A DNA stretch of 63,722 bases, the filler included, from Phoronis australis (taxonomy: Eukaryota > Animalia > Phoronida): assembly GCA_002633005.1 (NCBI GenBank). It is 8 parts of 8 records of this genome, joined end to end, with 100 filler letters (N's around TTAATTAATTAA, not from the genome) between each part and the next. Parts side by side here need not be neighbours in the genome. Positions count along the whole stretch, not along the records: positions 11,115 to 30,873 come from NMRA01001376.1; positions 30,974 to 33,636 come from NMRA01003513.1; positions 33,737 to 40,614 come from NMRA01002098.1; 5 more parts are not named here. One strand, given 5' to 3'. Below are positions 26,208 through 39,286 of the stretch, one piece after another. A model generated the notes under the pieces. That model searched no databases and had not been told where the DNA came from. It saw nothing but the letters and a program-made list of their open reading frames with translations. How positions within the stretch are numbered: position 1 is the stretch's first letter; the number at the start of each line of letters is the position of its first letter. The translations under genes were made by a program, and so were the position numbers.

Positions 26208-26662
26208 CTGCAACACAAACGAAACGCGTGAAACTGAAGCTCATCAGTCGCTCAGAGTGTGCAACACTATAGGGCTAATAACTGTAACCTCTACAGTCTT
26301 TGATCACCTAAATGACACTAGACACTTGGTAAGCAGAATTTGACTACTGCCATTTGAAAACATGGGGCTGAAATGTTTAAAGACTGATGGGGTGTATTGT
26401 AACCCCAGTTACAGACTGGTAGTGGCTCCTTAATACCAACACTAGGGGGCGTTGCATTGCCCTGATGGATTATACAATAGACACTGGCACCAACTAAACA
26501 AGCCCCAGTAGAGACAGTAGCCATCCCATACGCCCTCTAAACACCGGAAGCTTTTCAAAGGATTCCACCTCACACTGATTAAACCATCAAAGTCATATTA
26601 CCAAAAGTATTCTTTGCACATTGAGGGATACTTAGGAGGCAGTTGATGAAATGACATCATAC

Positions 26663-26711
26663 CTCTGGTACGAGCAGTGCAAAAATGACCAGTTGCTGTT
26701 TTGAACAAGTT
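26663..26711 (-). CDS. Probable upstream exon of the SNX-like gene (TCSKQQLVIFALLVPE)
   Basis: tttgttcag acceptor, GAG|gtatga donor, phase 0 end; supplies first beta strand of F1. Confidence 0.6.
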
Positions 26712-27557
26712 CTGAACAAAAAGTTTGATTGTAATTTGTTCAAACTGGGAAAATCAAAGACATCGATGTCCTCCTTAGGTGCTCCTCTGTGCACAAAAGA
26801 TACTTATAGCAGTGTGACTTATGATGGTTTAATCAAGGTGTACGGCACAATTCACAAAAAAGATTCCGGCATAAGGAGGACGTACTACGGGAAGGCCACC
26901 GTCTCGACTCTGGCTAGTTTAGATTGTTGTAATGTCTATTCTGGGACTAGACAGAGCCACCACCTCGACTAGAAGTAGCGACGGTGGAACTAATGCACTC
27001 AGTACCCCTGCAGCCTTTAACATGACGAAAGATCTTCTGCAAATTATGCCTCACACTGATTAAACAACCAATTACCGGTAGTCACGTTGCGTACATGTAT
27101 AGTACTTTCTGCTCTTAGAACAACACCATGAGAGGCTATTGATTCCTTCCAACTCGGCATGACGTCATAACCTCTGCAGTGAAAAGAATGGCCAGTCGTT
27201 GCTCAAAAAATGATTACTGTACAGCATTGGTTGGGTTGGAAAGAATTAAAGACATCAACACCTCTCTAACTGCACTTACAGCAAGTCGACTGATTGTTAA
27301 ATCAGTGTGCGAATGTCTGACCGGCCAAATCTGGCTAATACTCTGCTCTCGCCCATCCCCCCCTAACTCAAAATCCTGGATCCGCCCCTGTATGGGGTAG
27401 GGGATGGCCACCGCTCTACTGGCGTACTGCGGTCGCAGCTAAGACGGTGGTATTGTCGGAGTGTCCGAGTGTACAATTTGCATATTTGGATAAATGGTGC
27501 CTTGTAAAATGTAAGGTTCGACTCAATTCGTCATGTTGCCTTGTTGCTGACCATTAC

Positions 27558-27628
27558 AATTTGTTCCGTGTAAATGCTTCTAATTCTTTGGGGACAGTGG
27601 TCTCCACAAACAATCTTCGCTTACACAT
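27558..27628 (-). CDS. Candidate 5' exon of the SNX-like gene (MCKRRLFVETTVPKELEAFTRNKL)
   Basis: Phase-2 gtaatg donor fits the next exon; weak sequence support. Confidence 0.25.
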
Positions 27629-28107
27629 AGTGTACCTAAATATCGGACGTTTATACATAAAATCTTACTTGAAGTATAACCTGAGAAATATATGACACAA
27701 ATTTTTGTTCCGCTGTAATGCATTCAATGTCCGGCACTGTCTCGTTTTTTTCTGGCATTGCCTCATTTTGATTTTACTGAGAGAGGGTGCAATTATATGC
27801 CTACAATGGACGATCACATAAATCGGTCATAAAAGTTGAAAACAAAATCTTTTCCACATTGAAATCATCAAATTGAACTAACAATATGCCACTGTTTCAT
27901 TTTTTCATTTGTTTTTAAACTCAAGTCAAACCCCGGCCGCGCACGTGCGTGTGTCATATCAAGAAAGTAAGGCAAAGATATACTAAAAACTTCAATGAGT
28001 TTGCACGCGCTTTAGTCGTCTGCACTCATTCATCGAAACGACTTGGTGCTGTCATCAGACTTCATGTTATGGATAATTTTGTTGCGAATGGAGCTGTGTT
28101 TTAGCTA

Positions 28108-28153
28108 GGCAATGACCATCGCCTCTGTTGGCAACAGAGGCGATGGTCATGAC
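28108..28153. mobile_element. 46-bp hairpin made of the fused termini of the 7657-8686 family
   Basis: ta|ggcaatgaccatcgcctctgttggcaacagaggcgatggtcatgac|ta. Confidence 0.85.
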
Positions 28154-31011
28154 TAGAGGATTTAGAAAATAGTAGTATCAAGTATGTATCGTCCGGTTAC
28201 CTATTTTCGTCAGGCTCCAAAGTTCGTCCGCCATCTTGTTTCGCGTGCAGCGCAACCACGCGGGACTTAGCGTTCCAATTTGGAGTGCTCGTCTTCACGT
28301 TAGTTACTAACCTCTCGGGAGAAACACGTATCAAAGTAATGAGACAAAAATCGGTGAGTTTACCGATTGTTTTTTAAAACCACTTAAAAATCAGTAGATT
28401 TTACTAATACACTTTTTTGTGCGTTTTCAGAAGATGTTTTCGAATTTAAATTTTCTTCCGACGGGACACAAAACATGATCCAGGGTTTGTTTATGCAATG
28501 TATCTGTTTGTCCCAGGCACTAGTAGGATCTAGAAGGCCAAAGGAAAAATCCGCAGACAAATGCGATACGCTGGGTTCTTAACATTTTTGCCTCACGTTC
28601 ACCATTAAACTGCATTGAAATGTCCAATTGGCTTTTATTGGAAACCACAGTGCAGAGCTCAACATCAAAGCTTCAAATCGAGTTTATGTCAATAAAAACA
28701 GGCTGTTGCAATTTTCATTACTTCGTTGGCCTTTTTCTGCATGTTTCTCAGTTTTTACAAAAGGGGGCAGCATATGACGAACTTAGGTGTCACAATAAAA
28801 TGGCTGCCGAAGGCAGTGCACATTTGAAATAACTCGGCACAAATTAAAGAAAACTTCTGAATCGATGAATGCGGTATATCTGTGAGAGTTAAATCGAATC
28901 CTATTCAGATCATAACTTTGAAGTGGAATAATTCGGTGAGTACAACAGCAAGTCGGTTTTATGCTTAGGCGGACGAACATTGGGTTCCCCAGTATACGTT
29001 AATGGAGTCGGATTGTAAACAATAACCTAAGCCTTTATTTCAGCAAAGAATTTAAAAACAATCCGTAGTATTTTCAATTAAATTTAATGCGAAATGTGCC
29101 AAAACGTCCGACAATTGAATTAGGTCACTTGGCTGCACCGATACTGTTTTACTGGCCGCCTGGCGAAAGTTTTATTCATTTGTCGTTGTTTTAACGACAG
29201 TTCTTACCACATGGCATTGGTTTGCATCCAGCGTTGACACGCTAATCTTCACCAAGCTGCTCAACTCCATTGGCAAGCACAGAAGCTTGAGAACACTGGC
29301 ATATGATATAATAGGCTGCCCTATACTTTCGGCTTTCCGGGTTTGACTTTAACGTACATTTTCGGTTTCTTCTCACTAGTATTGCCCGGGCACAAGCTTC
29401 CTGTCCTCCTTCTGTGAAGAACAAAATATTAAACAAACACAGGGTGGTGTACATTTGTGTCTGTATTTGTTTAACAGTAGTGTCGGACCTAAGTAAAAAG
29501 CCCCTGGAAACATGAATGTTTTATCGAAATATTTGAAACTCAGTGGCTTGCACGTCACTAGCGCCATCCTTTGTCGGGCGACTGGATGATTTTTCAGTAC
29601 CCTCTATCGCAGCACTGAGCCGTACAATGAACTCCTGATTGCCACTGAGACATATTACGTCTTTTGTGTGCAAATTGTAATTTTAGTACTCTAGCAAGTC
29701 ATCCCGAGTCAGTCATTGCTTCTTTTGTAATATACGGTGATATTTCGTGCTGTTCAACTTAATTTGCGAGATCGGCCGCGCTCGGCATACTACGAGGCCT
29801 AGGGCCCCCTACTACTGAGTGTGCGGCTTCACTGAGGCGTCTATGGAAGTGCTCCCCACTGAGGACAGGGATTTTGTGGATAGTAGCCAGACCTTTCACT
29901 GAGATTGCAGTCATGGAATTATCTCTATCACAGCAGATTAGTCACCCGTTACCTCAGTGTTTGGCCCGCAAGGAAACTGCAATGGCTGACCGCCTGCTAC
30001 TGATTTCAGCCAATTCCAACGATAAAACTTAAATTTGTCTCAAGTCCGCCGGTTCAAGAAACAGATTTTATTTTTGACTTACGGTTGGGACTGAAGTTTT
30101 GAATTAATAATAATTAACTTGCCACCGGGATGTGGAAGTTTCAAAGTTTGGAAGTAAGTTGAGACAAATCTTAGCCTAGACCACCAGTAAAACATGAACT
30201 CCGAATGAGTCAGTCTCTTGGCACGGGACCCAGGTGTATGATCCTCACCTCAATTGTCGTGTTGTGAATTTAAATTTGAAACTCAGGGTCGTAGGAAGGG
30301 AGGCACGTGCCCCCCCCCCAAAAAAAACTGCAGGCGTCTGAATAAATCCATGGCAACGAGCGGCATACTACGCGCGGGACTGGGGACAGTTGAAAAAAAA
30401 ATGACTACGAATCTGGATGAGACAGAATTCAAGAGAACATTTCACAACTCAGTATCAGTGCATGGTTTAACCTTTGAGCTCCCTGGCCAGGACATTGTTG
30501 TTAGGGTCTCCTTTTTGCCGCCGGCACCCCGGTGACCTAAGTCCTCTAAACGCACCCTCTTGAAAACGCACACTTTATCATTCATACACGTACATGTACA
30601 TGTATTTCGAAAAATCGAAAAAAATTCGTAAAAAGAAGCTTTTCCGGAGAATATTAATTCACTGGATTTTTAAATTAGAGACAGTTTTGCGACTGTACAA
30701 ATGCAAAATTATATTTTTTCCCTGGACAGCGGCCCTTCTCTAGCAAGGGATAACAGAGACAACTGGCGCTCCGTTTTATCGTGTTTTTCTCTAAATTGTA
30801 TATCTTTTGAGAAACTTGATGGCTTGAGAGATCATAGGCGGATTTAGGGGGGCCCAGGGGGCCCGCCCCCCCCNNNNNNNNNNNNNNNNNNNNNNNNNNN
30901 NNNNNNNNNNNNNNNNNTTAATTAATTAANNNNNNNNNNNNNNNNNNNNNNNNNNNNNNNNNNNNNNNNNNNNGATGCTTGTTTCTTAACTAGAACAAGA
31001 AAAAGCAAGTT

Positions 31012-31110
31012 TTTAAATTTGGCTATCTGCATTCTGATGAGTATTTTAAATTTGGCTATCTGCATTCTGATGAGTATTTTAAATTTGGCTATCTGCATTC
31101 TGATGAGTAT
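31012..31110. repeat. 33-bp tandem repeat x3
   Basis: ttttaaatttggctatctgcattctgatgagta repeated. Confidence 0.9.
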
Positions 31111-31753
31111 GAGCAAATTGTTATTTTTTTGTCAACATCAAAATTGTCACAATGTGGAAATCATGTCTCTAAAGTCCCATGTTGAGTTAACATCTCTTAT
31201 TTCTCTCGGTAATACTGAGATTGACTAATTTGGTAGTTTGTCTAAAACAAAGTTGATTTATCGTCTGTATAGTGCTCTGTAAATCTGTATGGTCTGTAAA
31301 TCTACAAATTTATAAGTTTTAATTGCGTAAAAGTTTACATATTCCAGAAATAGATAGACTGTAAGGTTTAATTTTTGGTTTTCTTCCAGTTGCGATTAAT
31401 CGGGTCATGTGACCATACCTTTCTGAAAAAGATAGATACATTCATAGCAAAACGGCAGCATGAATAAAATGACCAATGAAATCCCAAAAATGTTGTTATT
31501 ACTGTTTTCTAAATTGTCATTTTGTTTTTGTTTTTTACAACTTTTAATTTTTTTCATAAAAGCCACAAATCACATTTTTAATGTGTAAAAGTGGAACATT
31601 TCAAAACAATTCTTTTCATTGTTTTGGGGAACAATGCACAAAGCATAGTATCTGAAAGCGTCATTTGTACCTTAAGTAGCTAGTGCCACCTTTAGGCATT
31701 TTGTTTTGCAAATTGAATCTATGCTAATAGCTTACCACATTGTTTGTTGTCAG

Positions 31754-31903
31754 GTTTTTCTTCGGGAAAAACAGAGTAATGGCGATTGCCTTTGGCAAGG
31801 GGCCTGAGGACGAATACAGAGACAACTTATCCGAGTTGAGTAAGAGGCTGCATGGTCAAGCTGGGCTGTTATTTACCAATGAGAAAACAAAGCACGTTGT
31901 CAA
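31754..31903 (+). CDS. MRTO4: mRNA turnover protein 4 homolog (ribosome assembly factor Mrt4), internal exon
   Basis: FFFGKNRVMAIAFGKGPEDEYRDNLSELSKRLHGQAGLLFTN; canonical splice sites. Confidence 0.95.
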
Positions 31904-32791
31904 GTAAGTTATTGTGTAGATATGAATCTTGTCGATACATCAAGAAGATAAATTTATGAAAAGTTTTCCCTTCATCTATTTTTTGTACAGTGCACATAAA
32001 AAGTACTAGTAATTGGAAAAAAAATCTATTTCCCTGTTATGAAGGATTATTCCAGCAGTCATCATTTCTTTTAAATTCTTTTTATTGAATTATTTTTTCA
32101 CCTCATTTCTTTTCTGTTAAATTCCCTGGTGTTAATCCAGCATTTCACAACTAGGGTGTCCAAAATGGGTTACCGTTTTATCAGGGCGTTCATGACCAAC
32201 GTGTTTTTATGACCCCAAGTCAAGTTGTTATAATTTGGTATGTTAGTGAGGAGACAGGTCTGCAATGAAGTTTGCTGAAGAGGCATCATTCATTGCTTAC
32301 TTTTGAACTTTATGTGGGTGTCCAAATGCTGAACAGGGCATCCTAGCTGGGATGTTTAAATTTGATGGTTCCATTTGGAGGTCTGTTAGATGAAGACCCG
32401 ATTCCCTGTCATTTCTGGTTCTTGCAGTCCACTCATGTGACTCGAATTTGGCTTTCTTTCAGCCTTGATGATGGGTGATTCCGGGCCATTTTGCTAGGCA
32501 ACTTTTTTACAAATTTTGACAAAATGTTCATTTCAAGGTAATTAGACTACTTCTATGTGACCAACATGCACTCTTGATTTGAAATTTAGATGTCATTATA
32601 CATGTAAGCTATTTTTTTGACTGACTTTGAAGTACTTCCAAAAGGATTAAATGGAATATAATAATGTAATGCTATTTGTCAGTAATGCAAGTCCATGCTG
32701 TTCCTGTTGTCTTTTAATGTTCTCTTATTGTCTTTCTGAACGGTGTTACTGATACATTTTACATTTTAACCTTTGACTTTCCTCTCTGCAG

Positions 32792-32943
32792 TTGGTTTGA
32801 CTCTCACCGAGAGCTGGATTACGCCCGCTCGGGTAACATTGCTCAGCAGACTGTGACGTTACAAGCGGGCCCCCAGAAACAGTTCTCTCACTCCATGGAG
32901 CCCCAGTTGAGACAATTGGGGCTGCCTACCAGTTTACAAAGAG
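32792..32943 (+). CDS. MRTO4: MRTO4 internal exon
   Basis: [51 protein letters not shown]; phases fit. Confidence 0.95.
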
Positions 32944-33579
32944 GTATACATTACTATTTTTTCAAGTTATTTATTTTTCGTTAAAATGCATCTGGTTTCC
33001 TCAAGATTATGACGAATGTTTAATAGGAGCTTAGGGGAATAGTAACTCTAAATCTTGAAATTTAGCTACAAAGACACACTTTCTTCACAATTTTGCCCAG
33101 TTTTAATGAGGAAAATTTTCATATAAGTTTTTGAAAACGACTGTACCGACTAGGTTGGCCATTTTAAAAAGTGATATAAGTGGAATTTATTAATATTTAT
33201 GGAGCTCAGTGTAGAAATTTTACCGTTTTTTTAGCACTGTAAGGCCATTTGATGACAATGAGCTGGGCAGCTTGTGTTCAGTTTGTACTGTTACTAGCAG
33301 TCAATGAACTTCACTGTCTGTACCAGAAACCTCTGAAAAGATTCTGCTCCAGAACACAATTATTCAAAACTCAAGTTCTGTATGTAGCTTTATACTGGAA
33401 AGTGTTTTGTTTTGTGAAGTTCTCAACTCATTGAAAGGCAAAGTAAGGATGAGGGTCGATACCTGCCACATCTGAAATGTGCCAGGGGGCGCTGACAGCG
33501 ATATGCTTGCTTGTGGTGAGGATACTATGTGGCTAAATGTAAGAGGGATCTAATTCAACAGTTTGTTGTCTTCGTATAG

Positions 33580-33636
33580 GTGTGGTAACATTATTACAAG
33601 ATTATCCAGTGTGTAAAAAGGGAGATGTCTTGACAG
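33580..33636 (+). CDS. MRTO4: MRTO4 exon, truncated by gap
   Basis: GVVTLLQDYPVCKKGDVLT. Confidence 0.92.
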
Positions 33637-33746
33637 NNNNNNNNNNNNNNNNNNNNNNNNNNNNNNNNNNNNNNNNNNNNTTAATTAATTAANNNNNNNN
33701 NNNNNNNNNNNNNNNNNNNNNNNNNNNNNNNNNNNNCGTTAAGACA

Positions 33747-34330
33747 TTAAAGGAGAATGGCATCCGATTTAATTAGTCGGTTTTACCATCTTAATCGGTC
33801 TATATCCACATCGCCTCTTATACGGTCGACCTGACCTTGCCGAGAAGTGACGCGGTAACCTGTGAGGAAGGTGAGAAACGACGCAGCGACGTCAGTGGGT
33901 CATCTGCAGAGTGAATGCCGCTATATTGCGGTGCATCGATACCGCATGTCCAAACTCTAGAGCCTAGCAAAAACCTAGTCAAAGTCACGTGTTCTTACTT
34001 AAAATAGACAGCAATATCTCACGTAATCTCGCGAAGTCTTGCTTTTTAGCGAGGTCCTAGCGTTACTGAACGGGAGGCGGTTATATGGTTTTTTTTTGAT
34101 TTCCTCGAGAGCCCGAAATGCTTAGGAAGTGGCTCGCAGTAGTGAAGAATGAAAAGTACGCTGTTAATAGCAGTGGCTCGCGGTAAAGAAGAATGAAAAG
34201 TAGGCTGTTAATAGCAAATATGGGGCCGTGAAACAAATCCGTTTCTGTGGCTAGCATTTCGTCGACAGTGATTTCTCTGACGAATTCAGGTTTACCAAAG
34301 AACTATCCATACGTTCCGTGACCCTACATG
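33747..34330 (+). mobile_element. Kolobok-like element 5' end with THAP pseudogene
   Basis: ttaa|aggagaatgg terminus; RCIDTACPNS...FPREPEMLRKWL...IRFCG*HFVDSDF; interrupted by a ~120-bp MITE piece (33956-34078). Confidence 0.7.
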
Positions 34331-34689
34331 TTCACAGCACCTCTCTAGTATATTTCCTGATCAGTGTATTCCAGTTCGAACTAACGATCTGACCCGTGAA
34401 GTCTTCGTCGGATGAGCTCTCAACTAAGTCGGGATTGGCGCCGGGCGAGTTGTCATGTAGACGTTTATTATTCTGCGTTCTGTTTCAAAATGAACTATTC
34501 TCACCCTAACCAATGCTTATATAAAACTGAAACAAAGTCTGTCTCATTAGTATCTACCCCATAACTAATACACAATCCGTAGTCGAATAAAGTTTAAAGA
34601 AACGCGCCACTCATGATTCGGACCAGAAGAACACGCCGCCATTTTGAACTTACCGCGAACCCGGAAGTACAACTCATTTAGGAACCCAG

Positions 34690-34841
34690 GCGTGTGTTCA
34701 GTACACGCTAGGACCTACGCTAGGACCTAGCTAAAACCTAGTCAAAGTCACGTGTTCTCATTTAAATTACACTTCAATTTCTCGCGTAATCTCGCGAAGT
34801 CTTGCTTTTTAGCGAGGTCCTAGCGTTACTGAACGGGAGGC
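34690..34841. mobile_element. Small MITE (TIR gttcagta[c]acgctaggacct); partial copy at 33956-34078
   Basis: Inverted ends and ~120-bp direct similarity between the two copies. Confidence 0.6.
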
Positions 34842-35926
34842 AGGCTTAGTATACATTTCAGTATATGAAGTCAGTGCGACTGGAGCAGTGTCTGTTACCA
34901 GCCTGCAAACGGCGATAAAATAATCGACAGCGCGCCTTGACGTTAATAAAATCAAAATACGGATAACTGCATCGAATTGTGGCAAATACATTTTGACTGA
35001 AATTATTTTGCCAGACTAAGACCCGCAGCGGATCGGGCCTCGTGCGGACCGAGACCAGACACTGGCGAACGGTAAAGGGATGCGGTTGCAAGCTCCAAGT
35101 AAAATGTTCAAATCATAAATGCCGTATACATCATAGGCGGATTTAGGGGGGGGGGGCAGNNNNNNNNNNNNNNNNNNNNNNNNNNNNNNNNNNNNNNNNN
35201 NNNNNNNNNNNNNNNNNNNNNNNNNNNNNNNNNNNNNNNNNNNNNNNNNNNNNNNNNNNNNNNNNNNNNNNNNNNNNNNNNNNNNNNNNNNNNNNNNNNN
35301 NNNNNNNNNNNNNNNNNNNNNNNNNNNNNNNNNNNNNNNNNNNNNNNNNNNNNNNNNNNNNNNNNNNNNNNNNNNNNNNNNNNNNNNNNNNNNNNNNNNN
35401 NNNNNNNNNNNNNNNNNNNNNNNNNNNNNNNNNNNNNNNNNNNNNNNNNNNNNNNNNNNNNNNNNNNNNNNNNNNNNNNNNNNNNNNNNNNNNNNNNNNN
35501 NNNNNNNNNNNNNNNNNNNNNNNNNNNNNNNNNNNNNNNNNNNNNNNNNNNNNNNNNNNNNNNNNNNNNNNNNNNNNNNNNNNNNNNNNNNNNNNNNNNN
35601 NNNNNNNNNNNNNNNNNNNNNNNNNNNNNNNNNNNNNNNNNNNNNNNNNNNNNNNNNNNNNNNNNNNNNNNNNNNNNNNNNNNNNNNNNNNNNNNNNNNN
35701 NNNNNNNNNNNNNNNNNNNNNNNNNNNNNNNNNNNNNNNNNNNNNNNNNNNNNNNNNNNNNNNNNNNNNNNNNNNNNNNNNNNNNNNNNNNNNNNNNNNN
35801 NNNNNNNNNNNNNNNNNNNNNNNNNNNNNNNNNNNNNNNNNNNNNNNNNNNNNNNNNNNNNNNNNNNNNNNNNNNNNNNNNNNNNNNNNNNNNNNNNNNN
35901 NNNNNNNNNNNNNNNNNNNNNNNNNN

Positions 35927-36335
35927 GGTCGTGGGGATTTATCATAGTTGGCCATTGTTGTATGTACAATGTAGATCTATCAGCAAACGTAATAACCTTG
36001 CGAGCAGGACATTCTGAAATGTCACTGTAAGTTATAAATGGGTTTGTTGCCAATACGTCTAAGTCAAGGGACTCCTCGATAGCGAGAATGCTTGTCATGT
36101 ATGAAGACAAGTCGAGTTTTCCCGCAGCCTGTAGTGTAGATTACCGTCGACTTGCAAGACGGTATGGAAATTTTTACGAACTTTCGCGCCCAACGAGCAG
36201 GCACACGTTGCGCTAATCCTGTGCCCTGTGGTACCACAATCAAATGTCAAAGGCACAGGGTTTGACCAGCAAGCGTGTCGAGATAAGAAGATTGAACTTT
36301 GTGGACGCGAGGCGCGGCAGCGCAGTCAGGACAGT
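35927..36335 (-). pseudogene. Gypsy-type LTR retrotransposon aspartic protease relic
   Basis: RVHKVQSSYLD...PVPLTFDCGTTG...LQVDGN...LDLDVLATNPFITYSDISECPARKVI; continues the gag relic across the hAT insertion. Confidence 0.7.
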
Positions 36336-36343
36336 ACTGGTCG

Positions 36344-39278
36344 CATTGGGGTACCTAAGGGGGTCAGGGCGGGCGAGCCACGCCGAGTGACGCCCTAAAC
36401 TACCATGCTTTGTCAACGACTAAAATGACAGAAACGTAGACATTTTATCTTAGAAATAGCCCCAACTCATTGGGTATCAATCTCGAAATCAGATACTGAT
36501 CCAAAATAGATGGCCTAATAAGGGCTGCTGCTAACTAGGCCTAACTGATATAGCTTGAATCCCTAATTAGAGGGTAATCTTACATAACCGGACTGGCAAG
36601 GAAAGTGTCTCAGGTACATTTTGAGTTTCAATATTTCGCTTAATGCGTGTTATTTCCAGTATGTATACCTTACAGTAACAGCCAAAAGGAGTACACGACA
36701 GAAAACGGCCCAGTAGCTTTCAACAACGTTAAGATAAACAGGTTAAAATTGATCAGTTTTGAAATATGTTACGGCAAGTGAAGGACAAACAGATAAGTCT
36801 TCGGAAAAAAATAGAATTGGAAAGTGTTGACGAATACAGATTAGACGAATTGGCTGAAGAGAAATCAGTGTCACAACTGAAAGTTCCGTTGGCGAGTCTG
36901 TGATTACTTGTACATTAAATCATAACGTGTTTGCTGACATTTTAGCATGGAACATTCGTTGTCGCACGATATTCTTGTGGAGATCGTTAAGCGAGCCAGA
37001 GATGCGTTTCAAAATAAAGGCGAACCATTTGCTCCAGTGCCTAAAAAGAGGGAAGTGGAGTTCGACAGTTGTCATTGGAGTGGTTATATAAAGTTTCATC
37101 GAGTGGAGAAAAATTCTTACGGAGCTGGATGGCGTACTCGTTAGAGAATGGGAAACTATATTGTTTTGTTGTCGATTGTTAGCATCTGATATCGAAATTT
37201 GTTGCGAGTGGGTTTAACAAATGGTGGAAACTAAACCCTAAAGTAAAGGACCACGCGTCTTTTGAAGGGTACCTACGCTTCCTCGAAAAGTGGGAGACGT
37301 TGGCAGTCGCCTTGAAGTTAAACTGGACAATTGACAGCGGAAAAGAAAAAAATGACGAGATATATTGGAGAGCCTGTTAGATATAACTTTGTTTTTAGCA
37401 AAACAAAACTTACCATTCCAAGGCCATAATGAGTACGACCCATCTTTGAACAGCGGCAATATTTATAACTCGTGTAACAATGTTATCCAAGTATGACCCC
37501 GTCTTAAAAGAGCATTTGGTGAAATTGGAGTAACTTGAGGTGAGATGCATAGGGTTGTGACAATGTTGCACCTATGGCAGGAGTACACGCTGGAGTACAG
37601 GCTCTATTGAAGCAAAGGAGACTTTGTTGCTTTTTGTCCCCATCCACTCACCGGTTTGACATTCTTAAACAGTACAGTGGAGTATCTTTTAAAACAGTTG
37701 CTACTTCAAGGTAGAGCCCTCATTGGCTTGCTTTCAAAGTTGTCATGGACAATTATGATCAGGTTCTTGAAGCCCTAGAAATCCTGTGTTATCTTGATGA
37801 GAATACTGACAAGGTGTTTTGGAGAATGTCTTTGCATTGCCATCAGTGACTCCACCTTCTTATGCTACTTATACTTCTGGGGTGAGGTACTTCGCGAAGT
37901 CACTGACACACAAGAGTGCGTACATGTACAACCAAAGGCTTAACAGCTGACAACGTTTAAAATGCCATTGAACAGGCAACCAAGAAACCCCAAGTGCTTA
38001 GCATTGCTGTGGAGAAGCTCGATCGTGACAAAAAGAAACTGGCAGGCGAACAGTCGTCAGACGTGGGTCAATCGTTGACGGACGGAAATAAACGGAGAAT
38101 GTTCGAATACTTGGGCGAATTCAGTGAATTCCAGATCGCAAGCAATGCTGCAAATTGTCGATTTGTTCGAAGCCATCTTACTCACTAACTTTGTCAACTC
38201 CACCGAAGATTGCATTAAGGCACTTGTGATGAACCTTGCTGGTTTCTATCGCGACATCTGTGCATCCGAACTTGCAACTGAAATACCGAGATTGCAAAAG
38301 CAGTGAAAAGCCGCTGGAATTCACGCGGAGAGTGTCAAAAATTGGACTGTACTGGACGTACTTAAGTTCCTTCACAAATGGGTGTTTCAGGAGTCACTCT
38401 CAAACTTAGTCATAGCCTTAAAGTTGTTGCTGACAATTTTTGTGTCTGTGACCTCCTGTGAAAGAAGCTTTTCTAAGATAAAGCTCATTAAAACGTAATC
38501 GTGATCCGCAATGGCCCAAACACTTTTTATCAGATATCGAAACACTTTAAGTTGAAAGTGAGTTGGCCCGAGACATAGAGTTTGACGCTGTCGTTGACAA
38601 ATTTGCGTTTGAAAAAGCTAAGAAATCGCTATTTTTGTGAAAAGCATGTCTGGACAATTATCGAGAACGCTGAGTGGTGTGAAAGTTCGATACAGACGTT
38701 TTCTGCATAAAGTTTCATGTTTGGATAAGCCTAGTGCGCTTACATAAGGAAATTAATCCGCAAATACGCCCAGTTCGTTTATTTGGGAAACATGGATTGT
38801 GGGATCCTGAAAGTTTGCCCACTTTCATCGGAAATGGACGCCAAAACCGTAACAGAAGTAAATTTAAGCAATAAACACCTACCTTTTGGGACACTTAGAC
38901 GTCGGAATTATTGTGTATTCGTTCTCGCAATGAGCAAAATGTCCAGTGCTTTCCGGCTACATTATTGGTACACCCGAGTCACCTCCAAATATACTCCCGG
39001 CGTTAATTTGGATTTTGACTTTTGGTCCCTAAATTGATTTACCGAATATGTGCCTTGGACCCTAAAAGGGAACTGTATTTTATTCTGAATGAATTTTGCA
39101 TAGCTCTCTATAAATTGTTGATTAATTTCATTACTAATTCGATAGCTAAAATTTAACATACATATTTTCCAACGAAACTCAAAAAATTGGTTCAAATAAT
39201 TCCATAATCACCCGCTTGGAGTGCTGCTTCTCGTGACGTATTTGGTGGCGCATGTCACTCACCATAGGTAAGCCAGTG
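36344..39278 (+). mobile_element. hAT DNA transposon (ZMYM1-like transposase pseudogene), 8-bp TSD
   Basis: TIRs cattggggtacctaagg / reverse complement cactggcttacctatgg; TSD actggtcg / actggtgg; KQNLPFQGH..SGNF motif and C-terminal SVTSCERSFSKIKLIKT dimerization motif with many stops. Confidence 0.9.
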
Positions 39279-39286
39279 ACTGGTGG

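Noticed and set aside
30083-30175. Candidate PX-like exon (LRFVSTYFQTLKLPHPGGKL...) for the SNX-like gene
   Set aside because: Phases fit, but it lies within an inverted-repeat (tttgtctcaa...ttgagacaaa) MITE-like segment and PX similarity is weak; not supportable without transcripts
35016-36110. 364-aa and 270-aa ORFs
   Set aside because: Almost entirely N; only the short N-terminal piece is real and belongs to the Gypsy protease relic
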